From assembly GCA_040905865.1 (NCBI GenBank), contig JBBDQU010000083.1, positions 1,539-65,538 on the forward strand: a stretch of DNA of 64,000 nucleotides. The letters are read 5' to 3'. The DNA is from Alphaproteobacteria bacterium. Its GTDB lineage: Bacteria > Pseudomonadota > Alphaproteobacteria > UBA8366 > GCA-2717185. Position 1 is the stretch's first letter; every line of letters starts with the position of its first letter. Under the pieces are notes generated by a model that had not been told where the DNA came from, ran no database searches, and was given only the letters and a program-made list of their open reading frames with translations. Shown here in pieces: positions 1 through 8,439 of this stretch. Both the position numbers and the translations under genes were made by a program.

Positions 1-532
1 CACTGAGCGCGGCAACTGCTTCTTCCGTGGTCATGCCGGCCTCGACGTCGGCCGCGTAAGCGCCCAGCAAACCGACAATTGAGTTCGGCGCCGCGTTCGC
101 CAGCGCGGTCGGCGAGGCATGCGCCGCGTTCAGATTGCCGAGGGAACTGGCATGTGCACCTTGTTGGCCGGCGTTCTGACCGGCCCCGGCCGAAGCCGAA
201 AGCCCTTGTCCAGAGGTTTCTCCCGGGCCGGACTGACCCGCGTGACCACTGCTGTTGCCGTGGCCAGATGCGCTGCTGCCGCCGGCGCCGCCGCCACTGT
301 TTCCGCCACCGCCATCACTACCGCCGCCGCCGCCATTGCCGCCGCCATTGCCGCCACCGTTTCCGCCGCCGCCGCCGTTGCCTCCACCGCCGCCGCCGCC
401 TCCGCCTCCTTGGGCCAGGGCCGCATTATCCGCAGGTATCAGGCTGCCATCAATTTGGACGGGCAGCGCCACGAGGCCGAATGCCAGAATTGCCGTGATG
501 GCGGTGGTACGCAGTAAATGATCCTTACGCAT
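1..532 (-). CDS. secreted glycine-rich low-complexity protein (partial; C-terminus lies beyond the left window edge)
   Basis: Absent from the ORF track because it has no stop inside the window. ATG at 530-532 (minus) has AAGGAG 8 nt upstream. My translation gives MRKDHLLRTTAITAILAFGLVALPVQIDG (signal-peptide-like), then ...AQGGGGGGGGGGNGGGGGNGGGNGGGNGGGGGSDGGGGNSGGGAGGSS..., then GNLNAAHASPTALANAAPNSIVGLLGAYAADVEAG... The frame stays open to base 1. Confidence 0.7.
   Translation of the reverse strand, partial: MRKDHLLRTTAITAILAFGLVALPVQIDGSLIPADNAALAQGGGGGGGGGGNGGGGGNGGGNGGGNGGGGGSDGGGGNSGGGAGGSSASGHGNSSGHAGQSGPGETSGQGLSASAGAGQNAGQQGAHASSLGNLNAAHASPTALANAAPNSIVGLLGAYAADVEAGMTTEEAVAALS
272..409. 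repeat. imperfect GCC/GGC triplet tract (coding; poly-Gly/Asn core of the minus-strand protein)
   Basis: Runs of ccgccgccgcc are interrupted by att/act/gtt codons. The tract also creates the Arg-, Pro- and Ala-rich artefactual ORFs listed in the other frames (79..498, 255..521, 130..426). Confidence 0.9.
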
Positions 533-787
533 GGTTCTGACTCCTTGGGTTGCACGCGGAAGCCTGCCCGTTCCCGGTACCCAGCATACACATTCCCGGT
601 CCCGAAATTGTGACAAATTCATGGCATCGGCATTTCGCATCCCGACAAGGCAAATATGCCTCAATAATCAACCGCTCCAGCTTTTCGCCGCCGTGTGAAC
701 CTGATCGGGCGTCCTCGATGCAGCGAAAATACAAGTTCCGTTTCGCAATTGCCTTGTCGTCTCATGCCGCTCCCGCACTCCCTTGCG

Positions 788-1930
788 TCAGGGCGCCTCG
801 TTGGAGAACACGATGGTGCCGCTGGCGGCGAACATGCCGCCGACGCCGTGGCAGACGGACAGCTTCGCGCCCGCCACCTGCGCCGGGGCCGTGCCGCGGA
901 TCTGGCGGACGCTTTCCTGCAGCGCGAACATGCCGTACATGCCCGTGTGGCAGTAGCTGAGCCCGCCGCCATTGGTGTTCATCGGCAGCCTGCCGCCGGG
1001 GGCGGTGTTGCGCGCGCGGATGAAGCCCGCCGCCTCGCCCGGTTCGCAGAAGCCGAGGTCCTCCAGCCCGAAGACCGGCAGATGCGCGAAGGCGTCATAG
1101 ATCATCAGGTGATCGACATCGCCGTGCGCGATGCCGGCCTCGTCGAAGGCCTTTTTACCCGCGACCCGGAAGGCGCGCGACGAGGTGAAGCTTTCCATCT
1201 GCGACACCATCGGCGTTTCCACGCTTTCCCCGGTGCCGAGGATATAGACCGGCCTGGTCGGGAAATCTTTGGCCCGCTCCGCCGAGGTGAGGATCAGCGC
1301 GCCGCCGCCGTCGCTGACCAGGCAGCATTGCAGCAGCCGGAACGGGTAGGCGATCATGCGGCTGTCCAGCACTTCCTGCACGCTGGTGGGCTCGCGGAAG
1401 GTCGCGCGCGGGTTCATCGCCGCCCATTCGCGCTGGATCACGGCGACGGTGGCGAAGTCCTCATGCGTCGCGCCCGTTTCCTTCATGTAGCGCATCACCG
1501 GCATGGGGAACATGGTCGGCGGGCCCATCGGGCCGTAGGGGAATTCGAACTGGCCGATCAGGCTGGAGGGCGGCGGCACCGGCCGGGCGCGGCCGATCTG
1601 CGAGCGCCCGCTTTCCCCGTGCGTGATCAGCACCGTGCTGCACAGCCCCTCGTTGATCGCGGCGGCGGCGTGGCGGACATGCAGCATGAACGAACAGCCG
1701 CCGACGGCGGTGCCGTCCACCCAGGTCGGCGTGATGCCCAGGTAATGCGCGACCTCCACCGGCGTCTGCCCGGCGCAGGCGACGCCGTCGATGTCCTTCG
1801 CGGTCAGCCCGCAATCGGCCATGGCGTTCAGCGCGCAGTCCGCATGCAGCTGGATCTGCGACATGTCGGGGATCCTGCCCAGCCCGGTGGTTTCGGCGGC
1901 GCCGACGACGGCAACGGATTTCTGTTTCAT
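788..1930 (-). CDS. thiolase-like protein, SCP-x / lipid-transfer (Ltp) type
   Basis: 380 aa. It reads MKQKSVAVVGAAETTGLGRIP..., ...VGGCSFMLHVRHAAAAINEGLCSTVLITHGESG..., and C-terminal ...NTNGGGLSYCHTGMYGMFALQESVRQIRG. Its start lies 4 nt after the stop of the DUF35 gene, the usual DUF35-thiolase pairing. Confidence 0.9.
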   Translation of the reverse strand: MKQKSVAVVGAAETTGLGRIPDMSQIQLHADCALNAMADCGLTAKDIDGVACAGQTPVEVAHYLGITPTWVDGTAVGGCSFMLHVRHAAAAINEGLCSTVLITHGESGRSQIGRARPVPPPSSLIGQFEFPYGPMGPPTMFPMPVMRYMKETGATHEDFATVAVIQREWAAMNPRATFREPTSVQEVLDSRMIAYPFRLLQCCLVSDGGGALILTSAERAKDFPTRPVYILGTGESVETPMVSQMESFTSSRAFRVAGKKAFDEAGIAHGDVDHLMIYDAFAHLPVFGLEDLGFCEPGEAAGFIRARNTAPGGRLPMNTNGGGLSYCHTGMYGMFALQESVRQIRGTAPAQVAGAKLSVCHGVGGMFAASGTIVFSNEAP

Positions 1931-1933
1931 GGA

Positions 1934-2344
1934 TCAGGCTCCCACGGGGCGGAATTGCGGAATGGAGATATCGTCGGTCGCGGTGACGAAGGTGACCTCC
2001 AGCGGCATGTCGAGGGTCAGCGCCTCGGGCGTCTGCGGACAGTCGACCAGGTTGGACATCATGCGCGGCCCTTCCTCAAGCTGCACCACGGCGATGATAT
2101 AGGGCGCCTCGAATCCCTTCGGCGCGCGGTGGTTGATGACATAGCTGAACAGCGTGCCCCTGCCGCTGGCGGTGAACCACGCCACATCGCGCGACGAACA
2201 GGCGGGGCAGAACGGCCGCGCCGGGAAATAGACATGGCCGCAGCCGCCGCAGCGCTGCAACCGCAACTCGCCCGCCTTCGCGCCGTCCCAGTAGGGCTGG
2301 GTCTCCGGCGTCGGCTGGGGCAGGGGCCGTTCGTATTCGCTCAT
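1934..2344 (-). CDS. DUF35 OB-fold / zinc-ribbon acyl-CoA-associated protein
   Basis: 136 aa. A four-Cys ribbon (CGGCGHVYFPARPFCPACSS) is followed by an OB-fold segment (GTLFSYVINHRAPKGFEAPYIIAVVQLEEGPRMMSNL). Confidence 0.9.
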   Translation of the reverse strand: MSEYERPLPQPTPETQPYWDGAKAGELRLQRCGGCGHVYFPARPFCPACSSRDVAWFTASGRGTLFSYVINHRAPKGFEAPYIIAVVQLEEGPRMMSNLVDCPQTPEALTLDMPLEVTFVTATDDISIPQFRPVGA

Positions 2345-2369
2345 GGTCGTTTCTCCTGTTTTGGCCGGT

Positions 2370-3221
2370 TCAGGCCAGCGTGCATTTGCCGTTGCGGATG
2401 ACCGTGACGTCGCGTTCCTTCAGGCGGCACTGGAAGGACACGATGTTGCCGTCGCGCCACATGTCGGTGACGATGGTTTCTCCGGGATAGACGGGCGCGG
2501 AAAAGCGCACGTCCAGCCCGCGGATCATGGTGTGGTCGTAATCGCAAACCGTCTGCAGGATCGCCTTGCAGGCGGTGCCGTAGGTGCACAGCCCGTGCAG
2601 GATCGGCACCGGGAAGCCGACGCGTTTCGCCAGCGCCGGGTCGGAATGCAGCGGGTTGCGGTCGCCGTTCAGCCGGTACAGCAGCGCCTGGTCGGGCCTT
2701 GTTTCCAGCGCGCAGGTGAAATCCGGCGCGCGGTCGGGCATGGTGTGGGGTTCCGGGGTCGGTGCGGTCGAACCGCCGAACCCGCCATCGCCGCGGCAGA
2801 ACGAGGCGCTGAGCGTGGTGAACAGCGGCTTATCGTCATCCGCCGTGCGGACCTTCGTTTCGACATAGACCAGCGCGCCGCGCCCTTCGCCCTTGTCATA
2901 GGCTTCCACGACGCGCGCATCGGCGATCAGCTCGCCTTCCGGCGGCAGGGGACGGTCGAGGGTAATGCTCATTTCGCCATGCACGACCATCGCGCGGTTA
3001 TAACCGCTCTCCGCCATGATCGGCACCCGGGCCAGCACGCTGGCCATGGAGGCCACGGTCTTCAGCGGTTCGCGCTCGAACACATAGGCCAGTTCGATCT
3101 CGTCCAGCGGATCGCGCCCCATGCCGATGCCCAGCGCGTACAGCATGGTTTCCCGGTCGGTGTAGGAAAACCGGTTGCCCTGCGATGTCAGCGACATCAC
3201 GTGGTCGTAGTTCATGGCCAT
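2370..3221 (-). CDS. MaoC-family (R)-specific enoyl-CoA hydratase, double hot-dog
   Basis: The track ORF is 2370..3326. I place the start at the internal ATG (MAMNYDHVMSL...) because the upstream extension runs into a REP-like element. The hydratase-2 motif YRLNGDRNPLHSDPALAKRVGFPVPILHG sits in the C-terminal half. Confidence 0.85.
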   Translation of the reverse strand: MAMNYDHVMSLTSQGNRFSYTDRETMLYALGIGMGRDPLDEIELAYVFEREPLKTVASMASVLARVPIMAESGYNRAMVVHGEMSITLDRPLPPEGELIADARVVEAYDKGEGRGALVYVETKVRTADDDKPLFTTLSASFCRGDGGFGGSTAPTPEPHTMPDRAPDFTCALETRPDQALLYRLNGDRNPLHSDPALAKRVGFPVPILHGLCTYGTACKAILQTVCDYDHTMIRGLDVRFSAPVYPGETIVTDMWRDGNIVSFQCRLKERDVTVIRNGKCTLA

Positions 3222-3297
3222 GCGGCGTATCCCCCTGTTGTGCGGGTCCGATTGTCGGCGGATGGGGCGGGTCAGCGCAAGGGGCAGAACGCAACCT

Positions 3298-3395
3298 GTC
3301 ATCCCGGCCCCCGAGCCGGGATCCATGCTGCGACCACTCCTTCGACGCCAGAGTCGCGGCGCCGTTCATGGATCCCGCATCAAGTGCGGGATGAC
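3298..3395. repeat. ~98-bp composite palindromic intergenic element (REP/MITE-like), copy 1
   Basis: Hairpin gtcatcccggcccccgagccgggatcc (3298-3324), a 45-bp spacer, then hairpin ggatcccgcatcaagtgcgggatgac (3370-3395). The second copy, in opposite orientation, is at 8012-8108, and the two spacers match about 31/45 by eye. Confidence 0.8.
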
Positions 3396-3450
3396 TGGAG
3401 GGTGTGCGGGATTACGGTGGCGGGTTTTTTTGACAGGCGACCCGAAAACG

Positions 3451-4290
3451 TCAGGACGTTTCCTGGCCGGCGAAGGTGATGCGGTGCAACACGCGCTTGT
3501 AGCCGTGGTAGTCGTTGATCGGGTTGTGCAGGGCGCAGCGGTTGTCCCACAGCGCGACCGAACCGACCGCCCAGCGGAAGCGGCAGGTGAATTCGGGCCG
3601 GGTCTGGTGTTCGAACAGGTAGTCGAGCAGCGGCCTGCTTTCCGCCTCGGTCCAGCCCTTGAAGCAGGTGGTATGGGCGAAGCTGACATACAGCGCCTTG
3701 CGCCCGGTTTCGGGATGGATGCGGACCACCGGGTGTTCGGCCACGCGGGCGACCTTCGCGTCTTCCTTCGGCGAATCCGCGGCGCGCGCGGCGCGCGTGT
3801 CCACCACCCGCCCCTTGTGCGACGAGTAGATGCCGGTCAGCGGGTCCAGCACCGCCTTCAACCCGTCCGACAGGGTTTCGTAGGCGCGATAGCAGTTCGC
3901 GAACAGGGTGTCGCCGCCATAGGGCGGCAGTTCCAGCGCGTAGAGCATCGAGGCCATGGGCGGGCGCTGCTGGTAGGTCGTGTCGGTGTGCCACAGCCCG
4001 CCGAAATTCACCGTTTCATGCGCCAGCTTGACCACCGGGGTGATTTCCGGGAAATCGGGCAGCCCCCGGATGAACGGGTATTCCACCGGCTCGCCGAAAC
4101 GCTTCGCCAGCGCCAGCTGCTGCGCCGGGGTTATCGTCTGGTCGCGGAAGAAGATCACCAGATTGTCCAGCCAGGCGCGGCGGATTTCGGCGATGGTGTC
4201 GTCCGGCAGGTCGCGCGACAGGTCGGCGCCGAAAATCTCCGCGCCGAGCGCGCCGCTGATCGGCCGCACCTCGATTTGCCTGTAGGTCAT
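3451..4290 (-). CDS. TauD/TfdA-family Fe(II)/2-oxoglutarate-dependent dioxygenase
   Basis: 279 aa. It contains ...NFGGLWHTDTTYQQRPPMASMLYALELPPYGGDTLFAN... (the HxD iron ligands lie in WHTD) and ...VALWDNRCALHNPINDYHG... The family resemblance runs end to end. Confidence 0.9.
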   Translation of the reverse strand: MTYRQIEVRPISGALGAEIFGADLSRDLPDDTIAEIRRAWLDNLVIFFRDQTITPAQQLALAKRFGEPVEYPFIRGLPDFPEITPVVKLAHETVNFGGLWHTDTTYQQRPPMASMLYALELPPYGGDTLFANCYRAYETLSDGLKAVLDPLTGIYSSHKGRVVDTRAARAADSPKEDAKVARVAEHPVVRIHPETGRKALYVSFAHTTCFKGWTEAESRPLLDYLFEHQTRPEFTCRFRWAVGSVALWDNRCALHNPINDYHGYKRVLHRITFAGQETS

Positions 4291-4343
4291 TCGGACACCC
4301 CCTCCTGTTACGGCGTAACGGCGATTTGTGACATTACCCTGGT

Positions 4344-5483
4344 TTACTGGCGATGCGGCAATTCGACCACGGCGGAACCCATGGCCGACAGTTCATCGTC
4401 CTGGTTCACCGCGCGCTGCGAAATCTCGACGAGGTGTTTGCCGCCCTCGACGAATTTGCGGCTGACCGTGCCGTCGATCAGGATGACATCGCCTTCCGGA
4501 TTGTGGCGGCGGACCTGGCATTTCGCCTTCTGCAGGAAGCCGTCATCGCCCATCCAGTTGGTGATGTGATGGGTCAGCCAGGAGCAGCGTTCCGGCCCGT
4601 AATCATAGGCGCCCGGCACGCCGACCTTGTGGGCGAATTCCTCTTCCCAATGGACGCGCTCGGGACAGTCGGGGATGCCGCGGCGGTTCTTGATGCCGAG
4701 CCCCGGATGGCTGGAAGCCTGCCGCCAGGCCAGCTTGTTGGCGCGGATATACAGCCCGCCCCAGCCCTGCGCATAGGCGATGAAGCCGGTGACGGTCATC
4801 GGGCCCTTGACCATCGTCGGCAGTGCCTCGCCTTCGCGCACGTCGTCCCAGTAGCGGGGTTCGGCGCCGCGGATTTCCTCTTCCTCGTAGTAGCGGTAAT
4901 AGCTGTCCAGCTCCTCCTGGCTATAGACGCGCAGCGGGCCGGCCTTGACCTCGCTGTATTTCGTGCCTTTCTCGCGGGCGATGTCGCGGTCGGTGCGGAA
5001 ACACCAGCTGTCGGCCTCGGCCAGCAGGTCGCCGTCATCGCCGTAGAAGTTCACGTGGTAGATCTGCTGGACCGTGCGGCCGGCGAAACGGGTGTCGTGC
5101 TCGATCAGATCCTTCAGCCAGGCCTCGGTGCGGATTTCGGTATTGCGCGCGACGGGCTTGCGCCAGTGCCATTCCGCGCCGGCCCACATGGCGTGCACGC
5201 CGGGCATGCCGCCGACATAGCCGGAGATGATGCGGTTGGTCGCGAACAGGAAGCTCGGCGGCGCGATCACGTTGCCGTATTTCGTCTGCGCGGCATAGTC
5301 CGGATCGCACCACAGCGGGTTGTCGTCGCCGATGCCGTGGGCGTAGTGGCGGATGTTGTCGCGCGTTGCCTCGTAGCACCAGGGCTCGGCGGTTTTCCCG
5401 ATCTTCACCCCGATGCGTTCGCGCAGCGCCGCCAGCCCTTCCTCGGTGATCTTCGGGAATTCTTCCACTGTATCCGTGCTCAT
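4344..5483 (-). CDS. acyl dehydratase, MaoC_dehydrat_N/FAS1-like double hot-dog protein
   Basis: 379 aa. The N-terminal half reads ...DNIRHYAHGIGDDNPLWCDPDYAAQTKYGNVIAPPSF... The second half ends ...KCQVRRHNPEGDVILIDGTVSRKFVEGGKHLVEISQRAVNQ. Confidence 0.75.
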   Translation of the reverse strand: MSTDTVEEFPKITEEGLAALRERIGVKIGKTAEPWCYEATRDNIRHYAHGIGDDNPLWCDPDYAAQTKYGNVIAPPSFLFATNRIISGYVGGMPGVHAMWAGAEWHWRKPVARNTEIRTEAWLKDLIEHDTRFAGRTVQQIYHVNFYGDDGDLLAEADSWCFRTDRDIAREKGTKYSEVKAGPLRVYSQEELDSYYRYYEEEEIRGAEPRYWDDVREGEALPTMVKGPMTVTGFIAYAQGWGGLYIRANKLAWRQASSHPGLGIKNRRGIPDCPERVHWEEEFAHKVGVPGAYDYGPERCSWLTHHITNWMGDDGFLQKAKCQVRRHNPEGDVILIDGTVSRKFVEGGKHLVEISQRAVNQDDELSAMGSAVVELPHRQ

Positions 5484-5515
5484 CTGGTGCTCCTTGCAAA
5501 TAGGGATGGCGGCGT

Positions 5516-7096
5516 TCAGGCGTCCCGTGCCGCGTCGCGCAGCGCCTTGCGGTTGACCTTGCCGGCCGGGGTTTTGGGCAGGGCGTCGACAAATTCGATC
5601 TGCCGGGGATATTCATGGCGGCTCAGGTTCGCGCGGACGAGGTCCTGGATTTCCGCTTCCAGCCCGCTCGCGGGGTCGCCTTTCCGCACGATATAGGCCC
5701 GGACGACCTGGCCACGGGTGTCGTCCGGCACGCCGATCACGGCGGCTTCGGCGACCCGGTCATGCTTCAGGATCGCATCCTCGATCTCGACGGCGCTCAT
5801 GGTCCAGCCGGCGGAGATGATGACATCGTCGGCCCGCCCGGCGTGGTAGAAATAACCGTCGGCATCGGTCCGCCCCAGGTCTTTGGTCGGGAACCAGCCA
5901 TCGCGCCGGCGCACGACCAACTCGCCCGTCCGTCCCGGCGGCAGCGGTTTGCCGTCCGGCCCGTGCACTTCGACCGCGACGCCAGGCACGGGTTTGCCCA
6001 GCGATCCGGCGCGCACTTCCAGGTCCGCGGCGCCAGGGTAATTGGCCAGGATGACGCCGACCTCCGTCGTGCCGTACATGCTGCATACTTTCGCGCCGAA
6101 CAGGGCTTCGACGAAACCAGCGGTCTCGCTGTCGATCGGCTCGCCGGTGAAGGAAAGCTTCTCGATGCTGTAGGTGTAATCCCCCGCATGGCCCGAATTG
6201 CGCATCATCCGGTAATGTGTCGCCGCGGCGGAAAGGTTCGTGATCCCGAAATCCTGCAGCGCCCGCAGCAGGCGCACGGCGTCGAACCTGCCGCTGAACG
6301 TGCCGGTGGAAACGCCCAGCGCCAGCGGCGCCAAGGTTCCGTGCCACAGCCCGTGCCCCCAGGCCGGCGATGACGGGCAGAAGAACCGGTCGCCGGGCCG
6401 GATGCCGGTCGCGTACAGCGCGGCGATCATCAGGGTCACAATGGACCGGTGCGAATGCCGCACGGCTTCGGGCAGGTTGCGCGTGGTGCCCGATGTATAT
6501 TGCAGCACGGCCAGGTCGTCGCCGGCGGTCCGCCATTTGAAACTGTCGTCGAACCCATTCAGCGATTGCAGAAAGGCCGCGTCCGCCACGACGATTTCGG
6601 GGCCGCCGTCATATAGCGCGTCCTCTGCTTTTTCCACATTCGTGACGATCAGCCTGGGCCGGCAGTCGTCCGCGCGCAGGCGTATGCCGTCCGGCCCGAA
6701 CAGCGTGAACATCGGCACCGCCACCGCGCCCGCCTTCATCGCGCCGAACATGGCGATATAGAACGCCAGCGACGGTTCCAGCATCACGGCGATGCGGTCG
6801 CCATGCTCGATGTTGCGCGATTGCAGGTAATGGGCAAACCGGGCGGAACCGGCGGCGAGTTCGGCGAAGCCGATGATCTCGTCCGCGCCGTCGGCATGGG
6901 CGATGCGCAGCGCCGTGCCGCCGGAGGCAACATGCCGGTCGACGCATTCATGCGCGATGTTCAGCCGTTCCCGCGCGCCGTCGAACAGGTCCCACAGCCG
7001 CTGGCGGGAAAAATGCGCCTGCGCGTCACTGTAGGACGTGTAATCGGTCAGCCTCGCCACGGATTCCCTCCTTCCGGCGTTGCTGCTCGCCGCCAC
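5516..7096 (-). CDS. AMP-dependent synthetase/ligase (acyl-CoA synthetase)
   Basis: 526 aa. It has the AMP-binding signature LQYTSGTTRNLPEAV, GYFYHAGRADDVIISAGWTMSAVEIE and C-terminal LPKTPAGKVNRKAL. The track start is a GTG. Confidence 0.92.
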   Translation of the reverse strand: MAASSNAGRRESVARLTDYTSYSDAQAHFSRQRLWDLFDGARERLNIAHECVDRHVASGGTALRIAHADGADEIIGFAELAAGSARFAHYLQSRNIEHGDRIAVMLEPSLAFYIAMFGAMKAGAVAVPMFTLFGPDGIRLRADDCRPRLIVTNVEKAEDALYDGGPEIVVADAAFLQSLNGFDDSFKWRTAGDDLAVLQYTSGTTRNLPEAVRHSHRSIVTLMIAALYATGIRPGDRFFCPSSPAWGHGLWHGTLAPLALGVSTGTFSGRFDAVRLLRALQDFGITNLSAAATHYRMMRNSGHAGDYTYSIEKLSFTGEPIDSETAGFVEALFGAKVCSMYGTTEVGVILANYPGAADLEVRAGSLGKPVPGVAVEVHGPDGKPLPPGRTGELVVRRRDGWFPTKDLGRTDADGYFYHAGRADDVIISAGWTMSAVEIEDAILKHDRVAEAAVIGVPDDTRGQVVRAYIVRKGDPASGLEAEIQDLVRANLSRHEYPRQIEFVDALPKTPAGKVNRKALRDAARDA

Positions 7097-7150
7097 GCGC
7101 CGGATTTTCCCATCCTATGAGGTTGGCATTATCATTGTCAATATGAGTAT

Positions 7151-7172
7151 ATTATTGTATATAGACAATAAT
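7151..7172. promoter_or_regulatory. candidate operator: perfect 8-bp inverted repeat ATTATTGT-N6-ACAATAAT in the divergent promoter region
   Basis: It lies in the only AT-rich stretch (7130-7180) between the acyl-CoA synthetase start (7096, minus) and the iclR-type start (7190, plus). Confidence 0.45.
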
Positions 7173-7189
7173 AGAGACGGACCCCGCCT

Positions 7190-7969
7190 ATGGCAGAACG
7201 ACAGTCTTCCCCATCGACCCATCGGCGGGTGCCGGCCGTGACCCGGGCTATCGGGATATTGCGGCGGCTTGGAGCCTCATCCGAGCCCGTGGGAGTCAAC
7301 CAGATGGCGCGGGACCTGGGCCTTGTGCCGAGCACTTGCCTGCATATTCTCCGGGTTCTCGTCGATGAGGGGCTGGTCGCCTTCGACGATCATTCGAAGC
7401 GCTATGCCGTCGATATCGGCATCCTGCCCATCGCCCGCAGCGCCATCCAGCGCAACAGCTTCGCGACCGTCATCCAGCCGATGCTCACCGGGCTTTCGAC
7501 CGGTTTCGGCGTGACGGCGATCGCGACCCAGCTGGTCGACCGGCGCCATATGGTGGTGCTGGCGCTGTCCCAGGCGCGGCAGCCCTTCCGGCTTTCGGTC
7601 GACCTTGGCAGCCGGTTTCCCGCGCTGATCAGCGCGACGGGGCGCTGCGTCGCCGCCTTCGGCAGTATCGATGAGGCAACCCTGCGCGGCTGGTTCGACA
7701 GGCTGAAATGGGACAACCCGCCGACATTCGAATCCTGGCAGGCGCAGCTGGAACAGACCCGCCGGGACGGCTACGGGATCGACCGGGGGGAGTATATCAG
7801 CGGCGTGACGATTGTCGCCGTGCCGTTCTTCGACGCCGAAGGGGCGGTGTCGCGCAGCATGGTCGCCATCGATATCACGGAAAAAATGGACGCGCTCGGC
7901 GTGGACAGAATTGCCGGCGAAATGCTCCGCATGCGCGACCGGGCGGCCGGATACCTGATCGGCGACTGA
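7190..7969 (+). CDS. IclR-family transcriptional regulator
   Basis: 259 aa. An N-terminal winged HTH (AVTRAIGILRRLGASSEPVGVNQMARDLGLVPSTCLHILRVLVDEGLV) is followed by an IclR effector domain (...GYGIDRGEYISGVTIVAVPFFD...). Confidence 0.92.
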   Translation: MAERQSSPSTHRRVPAVTRAIGILRRLGASSEPVGVNQMARDLGLVPSTCLHILRVLVDEGLVAFDDHSKRYAVDIGILPIARSAIQRNSFATVIQPMLTGLSTGFGVTAIATQLVDRRHMVVLALSQARQPFRLSVDLGSRFPALISATGRCVAAFGSIDEATLRGWFDRLKWDNPPTFESWQAQLEQTRRDGYGIDRGEYISGVTIVAVPFFDAEGAVSRSMVAIDITEKMDALGVDRIAGEMLRMRDRAAGYLIGD

Positions 7970-8011
7970 ATGTCCTGACAGGTTCCACGTTCGTCTTCAC
8001 ATTCAATACCT

Positions 8012-8108
8012 GTCATCCCGCACTTGATGCGGGATCCAGAAACGGTGACGCCTGAATGGCATCGAAGGTGCGGTCATGGCATGGATCCCGCATCAAGTGC
8101 GGGATGAC
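8012..8108. repeat. ~98-bp composite palindromic intergenic element, copy 2 (inverted relative to copy 1)
   Basis: 8012-8037 (gtcatcccgcacttgatgcgggatcc) and 8083-8108 (ggatcccgcatcaagtgcgggatgac) are exact reverse complements separated by 45 bp. Confidence 0.85.
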
Positions 8109-8168
8109 AGTTGGGGGCGCGGGATGGCTTGGTGGGGGGCAGGATGGCATTGGTCGTCGTTGTATCCG

Positions 8169-8309
8169 CTACTGGAACGTGATGCCGTAGATCGCGGCGG
8201 GCAGCCATGTGGCCAGCGCCGGATACAGCGCGAGGATGCCGAAGACCAGCGAGGAGATCTTCATCGTGCTCTGCATCACCTCAATCAGGATGCCGGTGCG
8301 CAACGACAT
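8169..8309 (-). pseudogene. remnant resembling the C-terminus of a TRAP-type (DctM-like) permease
   Basis: A 46-codon minus-strand ORF, too short for the track: MSLRTGILIEVMQSTMKISSLVFGILALYPALATWLPAAIYGITFQ*. It has a hydrophobic tail with ...P.l..WLP... as in DctM C-termini, and no upstream coding continuation. Confidence 0.35.
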
Positions 8310-8439
8310 AGAAAAGACAATCCGGATGGTAGTGGCGCAAGGGTATTGTCTCCGATGCTGCGGGATATTATTGCATTACTGTCATTTCCCGGCTGACGAG
8401 ACAGCAGCCGTGGACCAGGATCAGGGGAACCCAGCGGGC

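Noticed and set aside
79-521. Four overlapping ORFs (79..498, 119..517, 255..521 on plus; 130..426 on minus) with Arg/Cys-, Ala- or Pro-rich translations.
   Set aside because: All are alternative readings of the GCC/GGC triplet tract. Only the minus-strand frame starting at 532 has an RBS, a signal peptide and a non-repetitive conserved-looking tail.
695-2401. 568-aa plus-strand ORF spanning the thiolase and DUF35 loci.
   Set aside because: This is a GC-driven shadow ORF. Its translation is Arg/Ala/Gly/His-rich with no motifs, while the opposite strand encodes two proteins with clear family signatures.
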